64,000 nucleotides of DNA, from contig OX597835.1 in NCBI GenBank assembly GCA_951406725.2, positions 25,668,001 to 25,732,000 on the forward strand. Reading direction: 5' to 3'. The DNA comes from Octopus vulgaris (lineage: Eukaryota). Shown piece by piece: positions 12,730 to 25,386 of the stretch. How positions within the stretch are numbered: the first letter of the stretch is position 1; every line of letters begins with the position of its first letter. Under the pieces are notes generated by a model. It did not search any database and was not told the origin of the DNA. It was given only the letters and a program-made list of their open reading frames with translations. A program made the position numbers and the translations under genes.

Positions 12730-13665
12730 TATGTGTAGACAGCTTAAACAATGACAGCTGAACTTCCTGCGCTCTTTGTTATCTGCGTACAGCCTACAAA
12801 ACGACTGAATATCTAATTGCATTTATTACACGTGTGTAAAATTTCATAAAGTAACTGGTTACTGGTTTGTTTGCTACATGTGTCCAGACTACAGACAGGA
12901 GGAACCTTTTGTAACTCTCTGCTACACCTGTACAGGAGCACTCCGTCGGTTACGACGACGAGGGTCCCCGCTGATTCGATCAACGGAACAGCCTGCTCGT
13001 AAATTTAACGAGCAACTGGCTCAGCACTCCACAAACAGACAGGAGGAACCTTTTGTAACTCTCTGCTACACCTGTACAGGAGCACTCCGTCGGTTACGAC
13101 GACGAGGGTCGCAGCTGATTCGATCAACGGAACAGCCTGCTCGTAAATTTAACGAGCAACTGGCTCAGCACTCCACAAACACCTGTACCCTTAAGGTAGT
13201 TCTCGGGGAGATTCAGCGTGACACAGAGTGTAACAAGGCTGGCCCTTTGAAATACAGGTACTACTCATTTTTGCCAGCTGAGCGGACTGGCGCAACGTGA
13301 AATAAAGTGTTTTGCCCAAGGATACAATGCGTCGCCGGGAATTGAACTCACGACTTTACGATCATGAGCCGAATGCCCTAACCACTAAGCCACGCGCCAC
13401 CACACATCGGTACATTCTACAAAATATCTAAAGTTTCCGTTCGATTTCCTACATGTGTATAGTGTTGCTAGATGTGTACAGCCTGCAAAACAACTCAACT
13501 TTCTGCTTTGCTTACTACATGAGCACAACATACAAAATGGTTGAAGTTTCCATTCTGTTTACTACACGTGAATAAAATTCACAATTACTGAATTTTCCAT
13601 TGCATTTGCTACATGTGTAAAGCTTACAGAATAACTGAAGTTTCTTATTGTTTGCTACATGTGGA
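12730..13665. repeat. Degenerate ~47-bp minisatellite interrupted by SINE C
   Basis: tgctacatgtgtacagcctacaaaa..actgaagtttc recurs at 12730-12930 and 13410-13665. Confidence 0.7.
12933..13403 (-). mobile_element. SINE family C with a 144-bp tandem duplication of its 3' end plus flank
   Basis: tRNA-like head gtggcgcgtggcttagtggttagggcattcgg...gtgagttcaattccc; 12891-13034 is nearly identical to 13035-13178. Confidence 0.85.
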
Positions 13666-13999
13666 CATCCAGCCATCGGGTGCTATCTGTTCTCAGCATT
13701 TTCATCAAGGATTTCCATTCTGGTTGTTTAAGGTCCATGATTTAGTGTGGGCGCAATTGTGTACATGGTGGGTTCTTGTTCCCACTCACGGACGGTGGCC
13801 TGTAGGTTTGTATTCCATCAACAGAGTGCTCTTAATGTGCCTCACATCCTGCTGTTATGCCTTGTGATCTATTATCCGTATTGGGTTCTTCTGCACCATA
13901 TACCAGTCTTCGTGCATTGAAGGGTGATGTCTTCAATCCTTCGGATACTGCTGATACTCCTGACTCAGTGTCGCTTACAAGCCAAAGTAAGGGACAAAG

Positions 14000-14275
14000 T
14001 ACATCCAAGAAGTTTTCAGACATTCTTAGGAGAGATGTTTTTTTTAATTTCGAAGAAATATAAAACTTTAATTTTCTTCAAAGAAGATTTCTCTGACTTC
14101 AGTGCACTTGCTGAAGAGCTCCAGCCACTTCATGGAGGCCTCCATCAAAGTTCTCTTAAGCAAGGGTATTGAGGACTCTTTCCACAGCCTCCTTCATCCT
14201 CTTAATGTCTTCAGAACGACTGTTCCTGAGGTCTTCCTTAAACTTAAGGAATAACCTGAAGTCACAAGAAGTAAG
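14000..14275 (-). mobile_element. Mariner M1, 3' fragment
   Basis: LTSCDFRLFLKFKEDLR...EDIKRMKEAV resembles the mariner SPDL..D..LF..LK C-terminus; homologous to 1000-1200 and 21950-22130. Confidence 0.7.
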
Positions 14276-14281
14276 GGTATA

Positions 14282-14816
<535 letters not shown>

Positions 14817-14860
14817 AATGCCTCATTATTTGGCTGTTTTCTTTAGCCATTGTGCGGTGA

Positions 14861-15335
14861 TCTCTTATTATAAAAGGCAGATTTTAGCTGCCTCCCTTTG
14901 GGAGTTATACAAATCTACAATATAGGATTTCTTCAATTACAATTTACCTTGCATTTTTAAGAGTACAATGCATCGCGTCATGCCAGGTCCAGTTTTTAAA
15001 ATTTAAACTCCAGTTAAGCAAAATTTACAGAAAACTCACATTCTGGTGTGTGTGTCAAATGCTTTTCTTAGTCTGGTTTACAGCACACGCAAACGCACAC
15101 ACACAGTGGGCAACGAATAAAATGAAAGTAATTGACTTACTGTAGTGAGTGATTCTTTCACTCTGCCTCCCACTTCCTCTTTCCACACAGACACGCAAAT
15201 ATATAAATAAAATTGTAAGCTAACGTGCGTGTGTGTGAGTGGGTGTGTGTGGGTGTGCGCGTGTGTGTGTGTGTGAGGGTGCGTGTGTGTGTGTGTGTGT
15301 GTGAGTGTGACAGGAAAGTTTTTTTACGACGAATA
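14861..15335 (+). mobile_element. Possible 3'-truncated non-autonomous Helitron
   Basis: The start A|TCtcttattataaaa resembles the Helitron at 16518; no 3' CTAG or hairpin found. Confidence 0.35.
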
Positions 15336-15360
15336 TAACACCTATATCCAAGTAGCAGAA

Positions 15361-15734
15361 AGATAAGACAGTAAGGTGTGATTTGAGGGAGATTTGGCTG
15401 GTATTTCTACCATGTCTAGCTGCCATGTAGGGGTCTCCCTCATAGGCTCATACATACATATATACATAGATAAGACAGTAAGGTGTGATTTGGGGGAAAT
15501 TTGGCTGCTATTTCTACCAGGTCTAGCTGCCATGTAGGGGTCTCCCTCATAGGCTCATACATACATATATACATAGATAAGACAGTAAGGTGTGATTTGG
15601 GGGAAATTTGGCTGCTATTTCTACCAGGTCTAGCTACCATGTAGAGGTCCCCCTCATTGGCTCATATATATATACATACATAAGACAGTAAGGTGTGATT
15701 TGAGGGAGATTTGGCTGCTGTTTCTACCAGGTCT
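15361..15734. repeat. 107-bp tandem repeat, about 3.5 copies
   Basis: agataagacagtaaggtgtgatttg..ggagatttggctg... starts at 15361, 15468, 15575 and ~15678. Confidence 0.9.
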
Positions 15735-16101
15735 GTTAGGCCTTCTCATGTAAACTCAAGCTTTCTCATGCCTTCAACATATGACCAAAGCAGAGAATGT
15801 ATTCTTTTATTCTTCTGCTTTTTCCAGCCATTGGTCTGTGGCCATGCTGGGGCAATGCCTTGAAGAATTGTAGTTTAATGAATCAACTCCAGTTTTATTT
15901 TTGTAAGCATTGTACTTATTCTATCTGTTTCCTTTGTCAAACCACTAGGTGACAGGGATGTAAACAAACCAACATTCGTTGTCAAGCAGTGGTGGAGGAC
16001 AATCACAAGCACAGACACGCACACACACACACACATACATGCATACACATATACACACATACATACATACATACATATATATATATGTGTGTATATATAT
16101 A

Positions 16102-16349
16102 TTGCAGCGTGGAAGGTGTTTGTAAGCCATTTAAGAAACACAAAAACCACTTCAACATTTAAATTTAATTTGCCAAAATATTTTCGTCGCTTTCAGACCG
16201 CGACCTGTTCACTGACAAAAATATCGTGCTAACAGGTCGCGGTCTCAAAGCGACGAAAATATTTTCACAAATTAAATTTAAATGTTGAAGTGAATCTAAC
16301 GGTTTTTGTGTGTTTCTTAAATGGCTTATAAACACCTTCAACGCTGCAA
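16102..16349. repeat. Long inverted repeat (~110-bp arms) carrying a hammerhead-like motif; probable inverted Penelope-type terminus
   Basis: tgcagcgtggaaggtgtttgtaagccatttaagaaac...cgacctgtt and aacaggtcg...gtttcttaaatggcttataaacaccttcaacgctgca are near-perfect reverse complements. Confidence 0.85.
16169..16219 (-). ncRNA. Minimal type I hammerhead-like motif, G3:C8 core variant
   Basis: UUUGUCA-GUGAACA-G-GUCGC(ggucugaaa)GCGAC-GAA-AAUAUU-U-UGGCAAA: stem I 7 bp, stem II 5 bp, palindromic stem III. Confidence 0.65.
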
Positions 16350-16517
16350 CTGTTTTCGTTCCAGCACACGATCTCAGATCAAGTCACTTGCTATGCAAGT
16401 ACATCTCTGTAACTATATATATATTTATATATATATATATATATATATGTATATTGGTAAAAACAGTAAGATAACAAAAGAAAGAAAGAGACCTCAATAT
16501 TATGTAAATAGAGGAAA

Positions 16518-16910
16518 TCTTTATATATAAAAGTGAGGTTGTGTGTCTGTCTCCTACGATTTAGATTCCTAACTACTCCCACATTTTGCGGTGCAGTTTA
16601 ACCAAAACCGGGTATCTTATAGTCGTGATTCATATCGAGACCGTCTGGGTATTAGCGCGCGTCTACGATGAGTCTACGATTTAAAAAAAAATTACCATCA
16701 ATTTTTCCCATTTTTAATCCATTTTTGACATATATAAGGGAAGTAACTCTCTAAAATTTATTATTAAATCTCAGAACGTAAAAAGCTACAGTAACACCCT
16801 CCCCCTTTGTGGTTAGCCATATTGAGATGGCTATTATACTTTACATCTCTAAAAATGCTTATATAATTATTTCCCTTACAAACCCGAGCAACGCCGGGCG
16901 ATACTGCTAG
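16518..16910 (+). mobile_element. Non-autonomous Helitron
   Basis: 5' A|TC, subterminal hairpin cccg-agcaacgc-cggg, 3' CTAG|T, and no TSD. Confidence 0.8.
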
Positions 16911-17277
16911 TTGCTTATAAACGTCAAGCTTATAAAATACTAATACTAATATATATAACATCACATCACACCACACTACACCATACAGCAGTACACATCA
17001 CATCACAACACACCACTCACACACCCATCCCCACATTTTCACACCTACACATACATACCCGCACACGTCCAGACCACCAGCCCTCTTTCACACGCACATA
17101 CATACTCTCTTATACACACACGCACCTTCGTGTTGGGGGTCATCTTTACTTTGTTATCTCCCTTACTTTCTTCTCGTGTGTGACCCTTCTGTCCGGCACT
17201 AGTCGGCATGATAGATCGTTAGCCACTATACACATTTTTTTCTCTCCTTGTTTTTCTCCTTGTTTTTTTCTGTGTCC

Positions 17278-17313
17278 CTTTCTGTTGAAGAGCGTAGGCT
17301 CGAAACGTAAAAG
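17278..17313 (+). ncRNA. Minimal hammerhead-like motif (A6->U variant) in a probable Penelope-type terminal repeat (~17205-17400)
   Basis: CUUU-CUGUUGA-A-GAGC(guag)GCUC-GAAAC-GUA-AAAG. Confidence 0.6.
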
Positions 17314-17402
17314 ACTTCTTCTATTCCTGAGCGTTATACTAATACATCTGTTTGTTTTGTACACCACCTGTCTTCGTCTTGTGTTTTTTTCGTAAACTAT
17401 CC

Positions 17403-17456
<54 letters not shown>

Positions 17457-17871
17457 CCAAAGTTGATACCGGCGGAACTGGAAATCACAATGTAAGAAGT
17501 CAACCACTATCACTACTACTACTGCTGCTGCTGCTATCGTTTCAAGATCACAATGACATGATGAACAACAGATTAATTTCAGTTTTTACGTTTGTTTCGG
17601 TCCTTATCAGGAGACAGGCAAAACAAAGAAAATGTAAAGAACGAAAAAAAGAAAGAAAAAAGAAGTAACAAAGATAATTTTAAATATACAATCTAAAAAA
17701 AAAAAAATATATATATACCACATTTCACAGAAGGTGAAAAAAAATAAATAACAAAATGTCTTCTCCCTCCATAGAAATGTAAAATATATAAAAAAGGGTA
17801 AGGCCAAAGAGAAACGATTCATTCTTAGAGAAAAGTTTATAAGTATCTATGTACGTATCTATATATGTATG

Positions 17872-17934
<63 letters not shown>

Positions 17935-17980
17935 ATAAATACATATGCATATATATACGTGTATGTGTGTATGTCATTCT

Positions 17981-18045
<65 letters not shown>

Positions 18046-18162
18046 TTATCTATCTATATCTATACACATATTTGAGTTTATGTATGTATGTGTATATATA
18101 CATGAATGTTTGTGTGTGTATGTATGTATAAATATCTATCTAGCAATCTGACTATTTATCTA

Positions 18163-18211
<49 letters not shown>

Positions 18212-18422
18212 GTATAAGTACATGCATATATATATATATGTTTATATATATGCATATATATAGATATATATGTATATATATATGTATACATTTATATACA
18301 TACATACACACATATATATATATATACATACATATGTATATATATACATATATATGTATGTAGGTATATATATATATATATATACATACATATGTATATA
18401 TATACATATATATGTATGTAGG

Positions 18423-18465
<43 letters not shown>

Positions 18466-18579
18466 GTATATATGTATACATATATACACACATATATATA
18501 CATACATACATATATACAAATATAAATATAAATATGAATATAAATATAAATATAAATATAAATATGAATATAAATATAA

Positions 18580-18641
<62 letters not shown>

Positions 18642-18837
18642 ATATATTTATGTATATATATGTATGTATAACGGAGAAAAAAAAGAATGTGGAAAATTTT
18701 AAGATAAAGGAAAAAAGATTGATCTGGGTTTTCGCAATCTGATTGCGATTTTCTTACAGATTTGGGAAGGAGAATTGTTTGTGTGTGTTTAGGGGAGATA
18801 TAATTTCATTATGATAAGCCACACACATATGTGTAGG

Positions 18838-18875
<38 letters not shown>

Positions 18876-19381
18876 ACACATGTGTGTATAAATGTATATA
18901 TTATGTATGAAATATGCTTATTTATGTTTGAATAAAATGTATCTATCTATATATAGTTGTATGTATTCATATATTTGTACGAATATATATATATATACAA
19001 ACGCACATAACACATATTAGCACTCACACACACATTCACACACGCATATGTATGTGTGCGTGCGTGTGTGTGTGTGTGTGTGTATTCATGAAAGAAAATA
19101 GGCAATCATATTTCTTAATGGCTGCTGTATCTAGTTGATAAAATAACGCAGCTGATCTCTTGTTACATAATCACAACTAGCAGACATAACCAAGTAAATT
19201 CATATAACATTCAGAATAGAGTTATCTGCGTGGCCGGCTACAGTGGCTTGCTGTCGACCAGATAAAGAAAAAGAAAAAAAAAATGGAAAGAACGAACGAA
19301 TTTATCTGACAATCGAATATCATCATCATCCTCATCATCATCCTCATCATCCTCATCCTCCTCCTCCTCTTCCTCCTCCTC

Positions 19382-19436
<55 letters not shown>

Positions 19437-19489
19437 CCACCATCATCATCATCATCATCATCAACTCCTGGACGTTACTGTCTCGAGTC

Positions 19490-19725
19490 CTAGGACTCAC
19501 AGAGCTGGGAATCCAGCTTCCAAGGTGTTCAAGTGACTGATATCACAACATCCCTCCTGGATAGAACGCCAGTCCGTCGTATGATTACTCATTTATCGCC
19601 GAGTGGATTGGATCAGCGTGCAACAAAGTGTTTTGCTCGAGAATACAACGTACAACCCCGTCCTGGTTTTGAAACCACGATCTTGAAATCGTCAGTGCAA
19701 CATCCCTAACCACAAGGCCATGCTC
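19490..19725 (-). mobile_element. Diverged tRNA-headed SINE related to family C
   Basis: Head gcatggccttgtggttagggatgttgcac...gtggtttcaaaacc; resembles 55330-55597 and 13260-13403. Confidence 0.6.
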
Positions 19726-20216
19726 CCTGGAATTTTTGGTTTAGTTTAACAGGAGAATGGAGGATGCGCATTCCTTAAGTATTGAGACGTTTTTAGGAGT
19801 GGCATTTATTATTGTCTTAGAATAGGGTATTTTTAGTATGGCATGACATCTAATACATCTAACAAGCTGACCTACCAATTTTTATAATTCCAAATTGAAG
19901 GAGATGGTTTCAACAGTACTTTCAACGCACACCACGCCCTACTAAGCACTTTGTCACAGTTGACCAGTTTGCACCATGCAGTCGGGACTTTCGGAAGCTC
20001 GCTATGTAAATAAGGTTTGGTGCTAAGCTGAGTAAAACCGCTACAGAATCTTTTAATGGAGTAACCTTTTCGCTGGCACAAGAGGCTCAAGAATGGTAGA
20101 CAGGAGGTGAGAGACGATCAGAATTGAGGGAAGAAGAGCGACGTCAGAACACCAGAGCTGGTTGAGAAAATTCGCAATTTTCTTGATGAAGATCTTCGTG
20201 CGTCTATAAAGACTTA

Positions 20217-20450
20217 AAGGCGGCGAGCTGTCAGAAACGTTAGCACGCCGGGCGAAATGCTTAGCGTTATTTCGTCTGTCGTTACGTTCTGAGTTCAAAT
20301 CCCGCCGAGGTCGACTTTGCCTTTCATCCTTTCGGGGTCGATAAATTAAGTACCAGTTTCGCACTGGGGTCGATGTAATCGACTTAATCTCTTTGTCTGT
20401 CCGTGTTTGTCCCCTCTATGTTTAGCCCCTTGTGGGCAGTAAAGAAATAG
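20217..20450 (+). mobile_element. SINE A, full length
   Basis: aaggcggcgagctg...tagccccttgtgggcagtaaagaaatagg. Confidence 0.9.
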
Positions 20451-20834
20451 GAGTGGCTGTGTGGTAAGTAACTTGCTAACCAATCACATGGTTCCGGGTT
20501 CAGTCCCACTGCGTGGCATCTTGGGCAAGTGTCTTCTGCTATAGCCCCGGGTCGACCAATGCCTTGTGAGTGGATTTAGTAGACGGAAACTGAAAGAAGC
20601 CTGTCGTATATATATATGTGTATGTGAGTGTGTTTGTGTGTCTGTGTTTGTTCCCCTAGCATTGCTTGACAACCGATGCTGGTGTGTTTACGTCCCCGTC
20701 ACTTAGCGGTTCGGCAAAAGAGACCGATAGAATAAGTACTAGGCTTATAAAGAATAAGTCCCGGGGTCGATTTTCTCGACTGAAGGCGGTGCTCCAGCAT
20801 GGCCGCAGTCAAATGACTGAAACAAGTAAAAGAG
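20450..20834 (+). mobile_element. SINE B, full length
   Basis: ggagtggctgtgtggtaag...gactgaaacaagtaaaagag. Confidence 0.9.
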
Positions 20835-20850
20835 TATACAGTTTGGAATT

Positions 20851-21788
20851 GGTATCCGGTAAGTTTACCGCAAACATTTTTGCCGCAGGAAAATTCGCCT
20901 CAGGATTATTGGCTGTAGGAAAATTCGCTGCGTAGGAAATTATGCCGTAAGACAGTTTCACCGGAAAAAAGATGAATTGTTTCTTAGGTATATAATTGTT
21001 TCAACCAACTTATCTATTAGATTACTAGAATCAAACAGTCGTAAACTAAGTTTCCCGCATAGGAAAATGCCGTGAAGCATTTGGTTTTGTTGTTAAATTC
21101 TGCGTCTGTTTGATAGCGACTTTAAACTTATATCCACAATGTGGCGTTTGATATTCTTAGCCATATGAAATAACTAGTTATAGATGTTGTTGGAAATATA
21201 TCACAGAAAGCATTGCTAATTGCTTTGTGCTAGTTCCCACTTGATAAACCATTGTAATGGGTTGGCTACACACATAAAAATATTGTCGAATGAATAAATA
21301 AATTTTAAATGAGTTAAGAAATTACATTACCTCTTCTTATTGGTTTCTCTAATAATTAAATAGATAAGTTGGTTGAAACAATTATATACCAAGGGAGCAG
21401 TTCTTCTTTTTTCAGTGAAATTGTCTTGCAGCAAAATTTCTTATGCGGCGGGTAAAAATTTGACAAGTCAATCAGTCACCGGCTGACACTCGCTGACGAT
21501 ACATCGAAGAGGCCAGGGAACAGAAGAAAAAAGAAGAAAGAAGACGTGCATCCAACACCAGAGCTTAAGAGACCTCCGAAAGGGGGGGGGGGCGCCACGT
21601 CAAAACGGTAGTGGTGTAGGGGCCGAAACCGGACGTGGTTCCTCCTGATGATGTCTTGAGCTAACTGGATCCTATAAAGGAGATGTTGTGGTAGCAGACC
21701 ACGAAACACGGTTGTAATTCCTCAGGTCAAAAATCCTGAGGTGAATTTTCCTGCTGCAAAAATGTTTGCGGCAAACTTTCCTAGAATC
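20851..21788. mobile_element. Mutator/Foldback-like non-autonomous element with long TIRs and a 9-bp TSD
   Basis: TSD tttggaatt at 20842-20850 and 21789-21797. TIRs of ~180 bp contain ggaaaattcgcc subrepeats; the right TIR is split by an insert at ~21455-21715. Confidence 0.8.
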
Positions 21789-22140
21789 TTTGGAATTGGT
21801 GTGGCAACTGTACACAGAACCATTCATGAAGATCTGAAAATATGGAAAATGTGTGCGAATTTTGGTGATGAGCGTCCTTGTAACCAAGTACTTGACAGAG
21901 ATGGGCATCACAACTGCCCCTTTCCCTCCCTTCAGTCCAGACTTTGTTCCCTGGACTTTTGGTTGTTCTCCAGTCCGAAGAAGAATCTCTGAGGCAGTCG
22001 TTCTGAAGACATTGAGATGAAGGAGGCTGTAACATGGGTCCTGAATGCCTTCACTTTGAAGGGGCCTTCACGAAATGGCTGGAGCGCTACAACAAGTGAA
22101 TCATAATCAGAGGATCTTACTTGGAATAAGATTAGCATTT

Positions 22141-22603
22141 TATAATACCAGACACACAAAATGGTATTATAAAGTTAATTTAATCGTAGAACATAGATTT
22201 GTGGTTTAATACGATACACTTCAATACTAGCAGCTGTGGTTACGTATAAAACATTCTCCTAAAACGAAAATTAATATAATTTGAGTAATTACTTTTCTCT
22301 GTATTAAAACATAATTATTTAACTTGTCTAATTTACTTCTACGCACTTAAAAACGCCTCTCTTCAAAAAAAATTTTGAAATTTATAAACATCTCTTGTGA
22401 AAAAGTCTGAAAACTTCTGGAATGAATCTTGTATAATAGTAAATAGTGTGATGCGAGGAAAACTTCAGTTTTACAGTTCTGATGATTTATTATTGATTAA
22501 ATGTGTGTAAAATACGATAATATTATTATTGATTAAAATGTTTAAAATATGGTTAGTGTCGCCTTTCAATGGCAATTATATATATATACATACATAAATA
22601 CAT

Positions 22604-22671
<68 letters not shown>

Positions 22672-23034
22672 CTATCTATCTATATATATACGTATATATA
22701 TATGTATGTATATGTTTATATATTTATATATATGTATATATATATATACTTACCTATATATCTGTATACTTATATATATAATATCTATATGCTTATATAT
22801 ATATATATATATAAATATATATGTACATATATACTTATATAAATGTACAAATATATAGATATATATGTACATATATATATATATATATATATGTATATAT
22901 GTACATTTATATATATATATACATATATATATACTAATATATATGTACATATATACGTATATATATATACACACACACACACATACATACATACATACAT
23001 ACATACATACACACACACATACATACATACATAC

Positions 23035-23082
<48 letters not shown>

Positions 23083-23083
23083 G

Positions 23084-23157
<74 letters not shown>

Positions 23158-23551
23158 TGTGTCTGAAATAGCGGCGACATGCAAAATGAAAGAAAGCTAC
23201 TTAAATGCGATCTCTCGATATCTCTTCCTATCTTTGCTACGCATAATGGACGAAAGCCAATTAAATTGTTTCAATTTTAACTTTAGGATGAGGATTTTAT
23301 ACATACGACAATTACCGTTAGATATTTATGCGTATGATGCTATTAAGTACGTAAAGGTAAATTATACTAGTTAAATAATTATCTTTTAGTACAGAGGAAA
23401 ATAATGACGCAAATTATATTAATTTTCGTTTTAGGAGAATGTTTTATACGTAACCACCGTTGCTAGTATTGAAGTGTATCGTATTAAACCACAAAGCTAT
23501 ATTCTACGATTAAATTAACTTTATAATACCATTTTGTGTGCCTGGTATTAT
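22141..23551. repeat. ~210-bp inverted repeat pair (22141-22350 and 23343-23551)
   Basis: tataataccagacacacaaaatggtattataaagttaatttaatcgtagaa... occurs with its reverse complement. Confidence 0.85.
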
Positions 23552-23739
23552 TTCTGTGTAGTGTTAGCAGCATTTAGGCGGCAAACTAGTAAAGTAATTA
23601 GGGTGTCGAATACAATGCTTTATCGCAGCGGCCCTCATTCTTTCTTTTTTCATCACAGAACGGTTTAGTGCAAGATAATGTATCCACAGATCACTCGCTT
23701 AATCTAAAATAATAAGGGGCATAATATATAATTTGTTAC

Positions 23740-24830
23740 GTATTTATCTCCACTTAAGCGTGGATGTTATGTTAGAAAAAACTATACTGTAGTAATTACA
23801 TGAGAGAGAGACTCATATTGGCTTTTGGTGCACAATGCTTTCTTACTTATGTCGCTTGCGGAAAGATAAATCCTCACCACCCTTAGAGCTAAGACTATCA
23901 GATCATGTAATTTCGACCTCCTTTGGTCTTGTCAATGATGGATGCTTCGCCACTTGAGGCAGCAGTGAATCACCTCCCTGCCAACAATATAAAGAACAGG
24001 CGCTGGCGTGGCAATAAGCCAGTGAGCTTGCTCAAAAAATATTTATTAACGACAGAGGCGGTAATAATACTAAGAGGTAATATTTATCCCCACTCAAACG
24101 TGGGTGTTCTGTTAGAACAAACTATACTGTGATATTTACCTATTTCTTTATTACCCACAAGAGGCTAAACACAGAGGGGACAAACAAGGACAGACATAGG
24201 TATTAAGTCGATTACATCGACTCCAGTGCGTAACTGGTACTTAATTTATCGACCCCGAAAGGATGAAAGGCAAAGTCGACCTCGGCGGAATTTGAACTCA
24301 CAACGTAACGCAGACGAAATACCACTAAGCATTTCGCCCGGCGTGCTAACGTTTCTGCCAGCTCGCCGCCTTTATATACTGTGATATTTACCATGAGAGA
24401 GACTCTCTTATATTGGCTTTTGGTGCAAAATGCATGCTTGTTTATATTGTTAGCAGGGGAGATAAATCCCTGGCACCTCCAGTGCCAAGACCACCAAATC
24501 ACACGATTTTGACCTTCCTTAGTCTTGTCAATGATGGACACTCGACCGCTAGAGATAACAGCAGCTTATCTCCCCTGCCAGTGATATATAGATTAACAGT
24601 GCCAGAACAGGCACCGGTGCTGTAATTAACCAGTGAGATTGTTAAAAAATGTTTATTAGCGACAGAGCCAATATTAAAACCGAGAGCTAATATTTATCCC
24701 TACTCAAACATGGGTGTTCTGTTAGAACAAACTATACTACTGTATTTACCATGAGAGACACTCTCATATTGGCTTTTGGTGCAAAATGAAGTCTTGCTTA
24801 TATAGCTGACGGGGAGATAATTACATAAAA
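23740..24830. repeat. ~340-bp diverged tandem repeat, 2-3 units, one unit carrying a SINE A
   Basis: tgttagaa.aaactatact...catgagaga..ctc.tattggcttttggtgca recurs at ~23770, ~24110/24390 and ~24720. Confidence 0.8.
24141..24374 (-). mobile_element. SINE A with a long TSD
   Basis: tatactgtgatatttacc is duplicated at 24123-24140 and 24375-24392. Confidence 0.9.
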
Positions 24831-25386
24831 ATACATATATACATGTTTATTACATATATAATACATATATAAGACAAAATCACCCCGAAGGCCGCAATAA
24901 TAGAAATAAAATTTAAAATTTAAAATTTTGAAATAGAAATAAAATTTGAAATTTATTCTTTCTGCGTGTCTCGGTACCAAAGGATCCGCGGTCCCGTAGT
25001 AGGGAACGCCTGCATTACTGTATATTTCCTTCCTATCGACACTCTGCGTTCAAATCCCGTTGAGGTTAATTTATATGTAGTTATGTACAGAGGTAAACAT
25101 TTTTTTTCTTTTTCTGGAATCGGCTGTGAGACCCTAACAGCGTCTCTTTCTTTATAAGTGGAGAAAGATTGAACGAGTGAAGATGCTTGCTGGCAGCCTC
25201 TTGTCATAGAGAAAATTCCAAGTGTTTCAGGAATCGTCAAAAGAAGGTAAAAAAAATAAAGAAATGATTAAGTGCTCAAATTCTATAAATAATCAAAGTT
25301 TTATAAGGAGTTTTAAAGAACAATAATATAGAAAAAAATGCAGAAAAATATCTATATTCTCCAGAATATGTAATTTGAGGACTTAA

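Larger units (their letters stand above)
19760..22432 (+). mobile_element. Mariner M1 relic hosting a nested stack of insertions
   Basis: Transposase pieces at ~19990-20215, 20834-20850 and 21789-22135 join colinearly with the 1656-2110 copy. TIR-like ends lie at ~19760 and ~22400-22432. Confidence 0.75.

Noticed and set aside
13680-13990. Possible R4-type zinc knuckle/endonuclease relic on the minus strand
   Set aside because: Only faint similarity (ITAGC); key Cys/His residues are not recognisable.
20800-20834. SINE B tail cagtc-aaat-gactgaaacaagta resembles the 3' half of a hammerhead
   Set aside because: No CUGAnGA core in the copies examined; better explained as a LINE-recognition stem-loop.
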